NCBI GenBank assembly: GCA_965249485.1 | Contig: OZ252239.1 | Coordinates: forward strand, 1,152,001-1,216,000 | Reading direction: 5' to 3' | Length of the DNA stretch: 64,000 nucleotides | Origin: a bacterium | Lineage (GTDB): Bacteria; SM23-31 | Shown here: piece by piece, positions 61,540-64,000 of the stretch | How positions within the stretch are numbered: the first letter of the stretch is position 1 | Layout of the letters: each line of letters begins with the position of its first letter | The notes under the pieces: model-generated | Seen by the model: the letters and a program-made list of their open reading frames with translations, nothing else | Database searches by the model: none | Told to the model about the DNA's origin: nothing | Position numbers and translations under genes: made by a program

Positions 61540-62493
61540 TTACAGACCTGTCTGCTTGTAGGCTTCAAACACAATAGACAAATCTCTTTTTGCTCGTGGG
61601 AAGTTGGAGTAGGGTGTGTGTACAGGACTGTGCAGACACAGCAGAAAATCCTGTGTCATAGCGTGATATCCTCCGATATCTTTTAAGGATGGAAAAGTGA
61701 GTTTCCGTTTTCCGTGAGCATGTACCAGAATGTAAATTCCATTACTCTCAAACACTATTCTGCCTTCTGTACCGGCGATTGTCGAGTGCTGGAAAATCCC
61801 TTTTGTCAAACTATGAGTTTCCCACGAATAACGGAGAGTAGCAGAAACATCATTCTGATACCGCAATGTAAGAACAGAACTCTTTTCAGGTGATGAAGAA
61901 CTGATATTCGAAAATTCAGCCTCGATCGTTTCTGGTGAGTCTTCAAGTATTCCGGATAACAAAGCGACAAAATGAATTCCACCTTCATGCAAAGCTCCAT
62001 ACGCTTTTTTCCATCCTGAAGGCGGTGCCATGAATTCTTTCCGAATTAAAATATCGATAATCCGGCCGATTGCATTTTCTTGAATTAACTTTTTTATCGC
62101 CGTCAGTAAAGGTTTGTAATAGTAGTTCTCAGCGACCATCAATCGTTCAGGCTGGCCATGTGCAGCGACCTCAATTTCATCAAATTCCTGTGCTGAATTA
62201 CAGAGCGGCTTCTCAACAAGAACGTACTTTCCTGCCTGAAGCGCCTCAATAGTCTGGACTTTATGATACTCCGGTGGTGAAGCGATCACAACCGCATCAA
62301 CCTTACTTGAGGAAATGACCTCATCATAATTGGTAAAAATACCGACACCGCTGAATTTCCGGTTAAATTGTTCTGAACTCTGTGTAGTCCGGCTGTAGAA
62401 CATCAGATTTGTAGAGCGTGACAAATTTTTTGCATGGAGAGCACCGATTGCTCCGCATCCGGCAATACATACGGTTTTTTTACGAGAAGTCAT
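61540..62493 (-). CDS. Gfo/Idh/MocA family oxidoreductase
   Basis: GCGAIG, VEKP, AENYYY, EGGIH. Confidence 0.88.
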   Translation of the reverse strand: MTSRKKTVCIAGCGAIGALHAKNLSRSTNLMFYSRTTQSSEQFNRKFSGVGIFTNYDEVISSSKVDAVVIASPPEYHKVQTIEALQAGKYVLVEKPLCNSAQEFDEIEVAAHGQPERLMVAENYYYKPLLTAIKKLIQENAIGRIIDILIRKEFMAPPSGWKKAYGALHEGGIHFVALLSGILEDSPETIEAEFSNISSSSPEKSSVLTLRYQNDVSATLRYSWETHSLTKGIFQHSTIAGTEGRIVFESNGIYILVHAHGKRKLTFPSLKDIGGYHAMTQDFLLCLHSPVHTPYSNFPRAKRDLSIVFEAYKQTGL

Positions 62494-64000
62494 TCATAGT
62501 CCTGATGATATGGTCGGAGACCCGCAGTGCATTTGCTGTAATAGTCAGGCTCGGATTTACTCCTGCCGATGTCTGCATAAAGCTTCCGTCAAGAACAAAC
62601 AAATTATTGATACCGTGAAAAGTACAGTTTTTGTCGAGGACACTTGTACCCGGATCGCTCCCGAACCGCACCGAGCCGACAGCATGTGAAAATGTTGGTG
62701 GTGTTGTTTCATCAATTTCGTGCATTACCGTAAAAAGTGATCCTGATTTTCTGAGAATTTTCTTTGCGTGATGTACTAAGAAATCCCGCCGCATTAGATC
62801 GTTTTCCGTATAACGGTGTTTGACAGTTATAGTTTCAATACCATACATATCTTTTTGACCCGACAACACTACTTTGTTATCGAAAACGGGATCGTCTTCA
62901 GCTATGCATATTAGGTTTTGGCAGCGGCTTGCTGCTAATAGTGAAGCTGTTTTGAGACCTGCCGGCATATAATATTTTACAATTTCACCTGCCGGCATGT
63001 AGATGTCTTGTATCATACCGGCTGCCGTATTCAGTTTTTCGCGGAAATCTTCGTAGAAATGTGTGATGCCGACCTGCTTCTGGAATTCGTTCATTGGATT
63101 GGTTTTAAACGGAAATACACCTGTTACTATTGCGCTGCAATGACGCATCAAATGGGTGCCGATTTTCTTTGAATTCGGATAATTTTCCAAATGTGACCGC
63201 AATAAAATTCCCGGGCTGTGAAGCGTACCTGCGCTGACTATAATAATTCGTCCAGATATCGAGTACCTCTTTTTGCTTTTCTTATCTATATATTCTATTC
63301 CGGTGATAGTCCCGCTTTTCTCGCAGACCCGGTCGGCAATAGCGCCCGTAATGATTTCACAATTGTGTTGTTGAGCTTTAGCGAGGAGCGTGGTCGCAGC
63401 ATCATTTTTGGCCTCAATCTTACATGGGTAACCATCGCAAGTCGTACACTGAATACAGACTTTACGTGAGCCATTTTTGAAATTAATCGCGAGCGGAAGT
63501 TTGAAAGGACGGAATCCGAGCATTTCGGCGGCATCGAAAATTCGTTGAGACGGTTTTGATAAGGGGATACCTTTATCGAAATAGTCGGTGTTCCGGGGAG
63601 GGTCGAATGGATCGCCACTGGTTTCTCCGGAAACCTCTAGGATTTGTTCTGCTTCAGTATAGAAGGATTCGAATTCATCATATGATACCGGCCAGGAATT
63701 GAAATCTTTTTCTCTAAACCGTACTGCCGCGCCGCCGAAAAAAACTGAGTTTCCTCCGACCACTTCGTTGAGAAAGACCTTTCGTAGTGAAGTGTTTGAA
63801 TTTTGATTGACAAATACCGGTGAGTCGCTTTTATAACGTCTCTCAATGAGGATTTCACGGGGATTCCAGTCGGTATCGTCGCGTTTTGCCCAACCGCCTT
63901 TTTCAAGCAAGATTGTCTTTAATCCTGCTTTCGAAAGAGCATAGGCAGCCGCTGAACCGCCGAATCCTGAACCGATAATTATAGCGTCATACCGTCTGTA
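62480..64000 (-). CDS. GMC family FAD oxidoreductase (5' end beyond the window)
   Basis: The frame extends upstream to YDAIIIGSGFGG; VGGNS, C..C..C...C, H..GS.R.G, DGS......VNPSLTI.ANALR. Confidence 0.92.
   Translation of the reverse strand, partial: YRRYDAIIIGSGFGGSAAAYALSKAGLKTILLEKGGWAKRDDTDWNPREILIERRYKSDSPVFVNQNSNTSLRKVFLNEVVGGNSVFFGGAAVRFREKDFNSWPVSYDEFESFYTEAEQILEVSGETSGDPFDPPRNTDYFDKGIPLSKPSQRIFDAAEMLGFRPFKLPLAINFKNGSRKVCIQCTTCDGYPCKIEAKNDAATTLLAKAQQHNCEIITGAIADRVCEKSGTITGIEYIDKKSKKRYSISGRIIIVSAGTLHSPGILLRSHLENYPNSKKIGTHLMRHCSAIVTGVFPFKTNPMNEFQKQVGITHFYEDFREKLNTAAGMIQDIYMPAGEIVKYYMPAGLKTASLLAASRCQNLICIAEDDPVFDNKVVLSGQKDMYGIETITVKHRYTENDLMRRDFLVHHAKKILRKSGSLFTVMHEIDETTPPTFSHAVGSVRFGSDPGTSVLDKNCTFHGINNLFVLDGSFMQTSAGVNPSLTITANALRVSDHIIRTMNDFS

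Noticed and set aside
82..63906. Numerous short antisense or overlapping ORFs in the ORF track
   Set aside because: They overlap well-supported genes on the other strand or frame and lack recognisable motifs.

Overview
Bacterial chromosomal window, probably from an FCB-associated lineage such as KSB1 or Calditrichota; this is an inference from the FlgD/T9SS-like C-terminal domains, the PorV-like barrel and the type-2 IleRS. Bases 1-14 kb hold an accessory cell-surface and signalling cluster. It contains FN3, FG-GAP and CRTAC1-like exported proteins, a PorV-like barrel fused to a transglutaminase-like domain and TPRs, a small exported TPR-like protein and a CHASE2 adenylate cyclase. The first four genes all carry in-frame stops or frameshifts. 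The rest is mostly housekeeping: tRNA-Gln-prs-rplY-pth-hppA-rpsF-ssb-rpsR-rplI, bioY, a patatin/Omp85 protein, lpxH, hydantoinase/oxoprolinase A/B, nnr, yggS-divIVA-punA-ileS-dksA-lspA-rluD-dcd, and ccsA-hemA-C-D-B-L. The main oddities are a primase-type CHC2 zinc finger fused to a MinD/FlhG-like ATPase, a CI/LexA-like repressor that has lost its autocleavage residues, a GIY-YIG gene enclosed by inverted TGTC-tagged palindromes inside the hem operon (with related solo copies elsewhere), a sigma28-type promoter driving a tiny zinc-finger ORF, and an Aur1/IPC-synthase-like enzyme. Scattered lesions, including a stop in ssb, mean some disruptions could be assembly errors. No CRISPR array, rRNA or intact prophage was seen. 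All family calls come from motif recognition by eye, not database searches.
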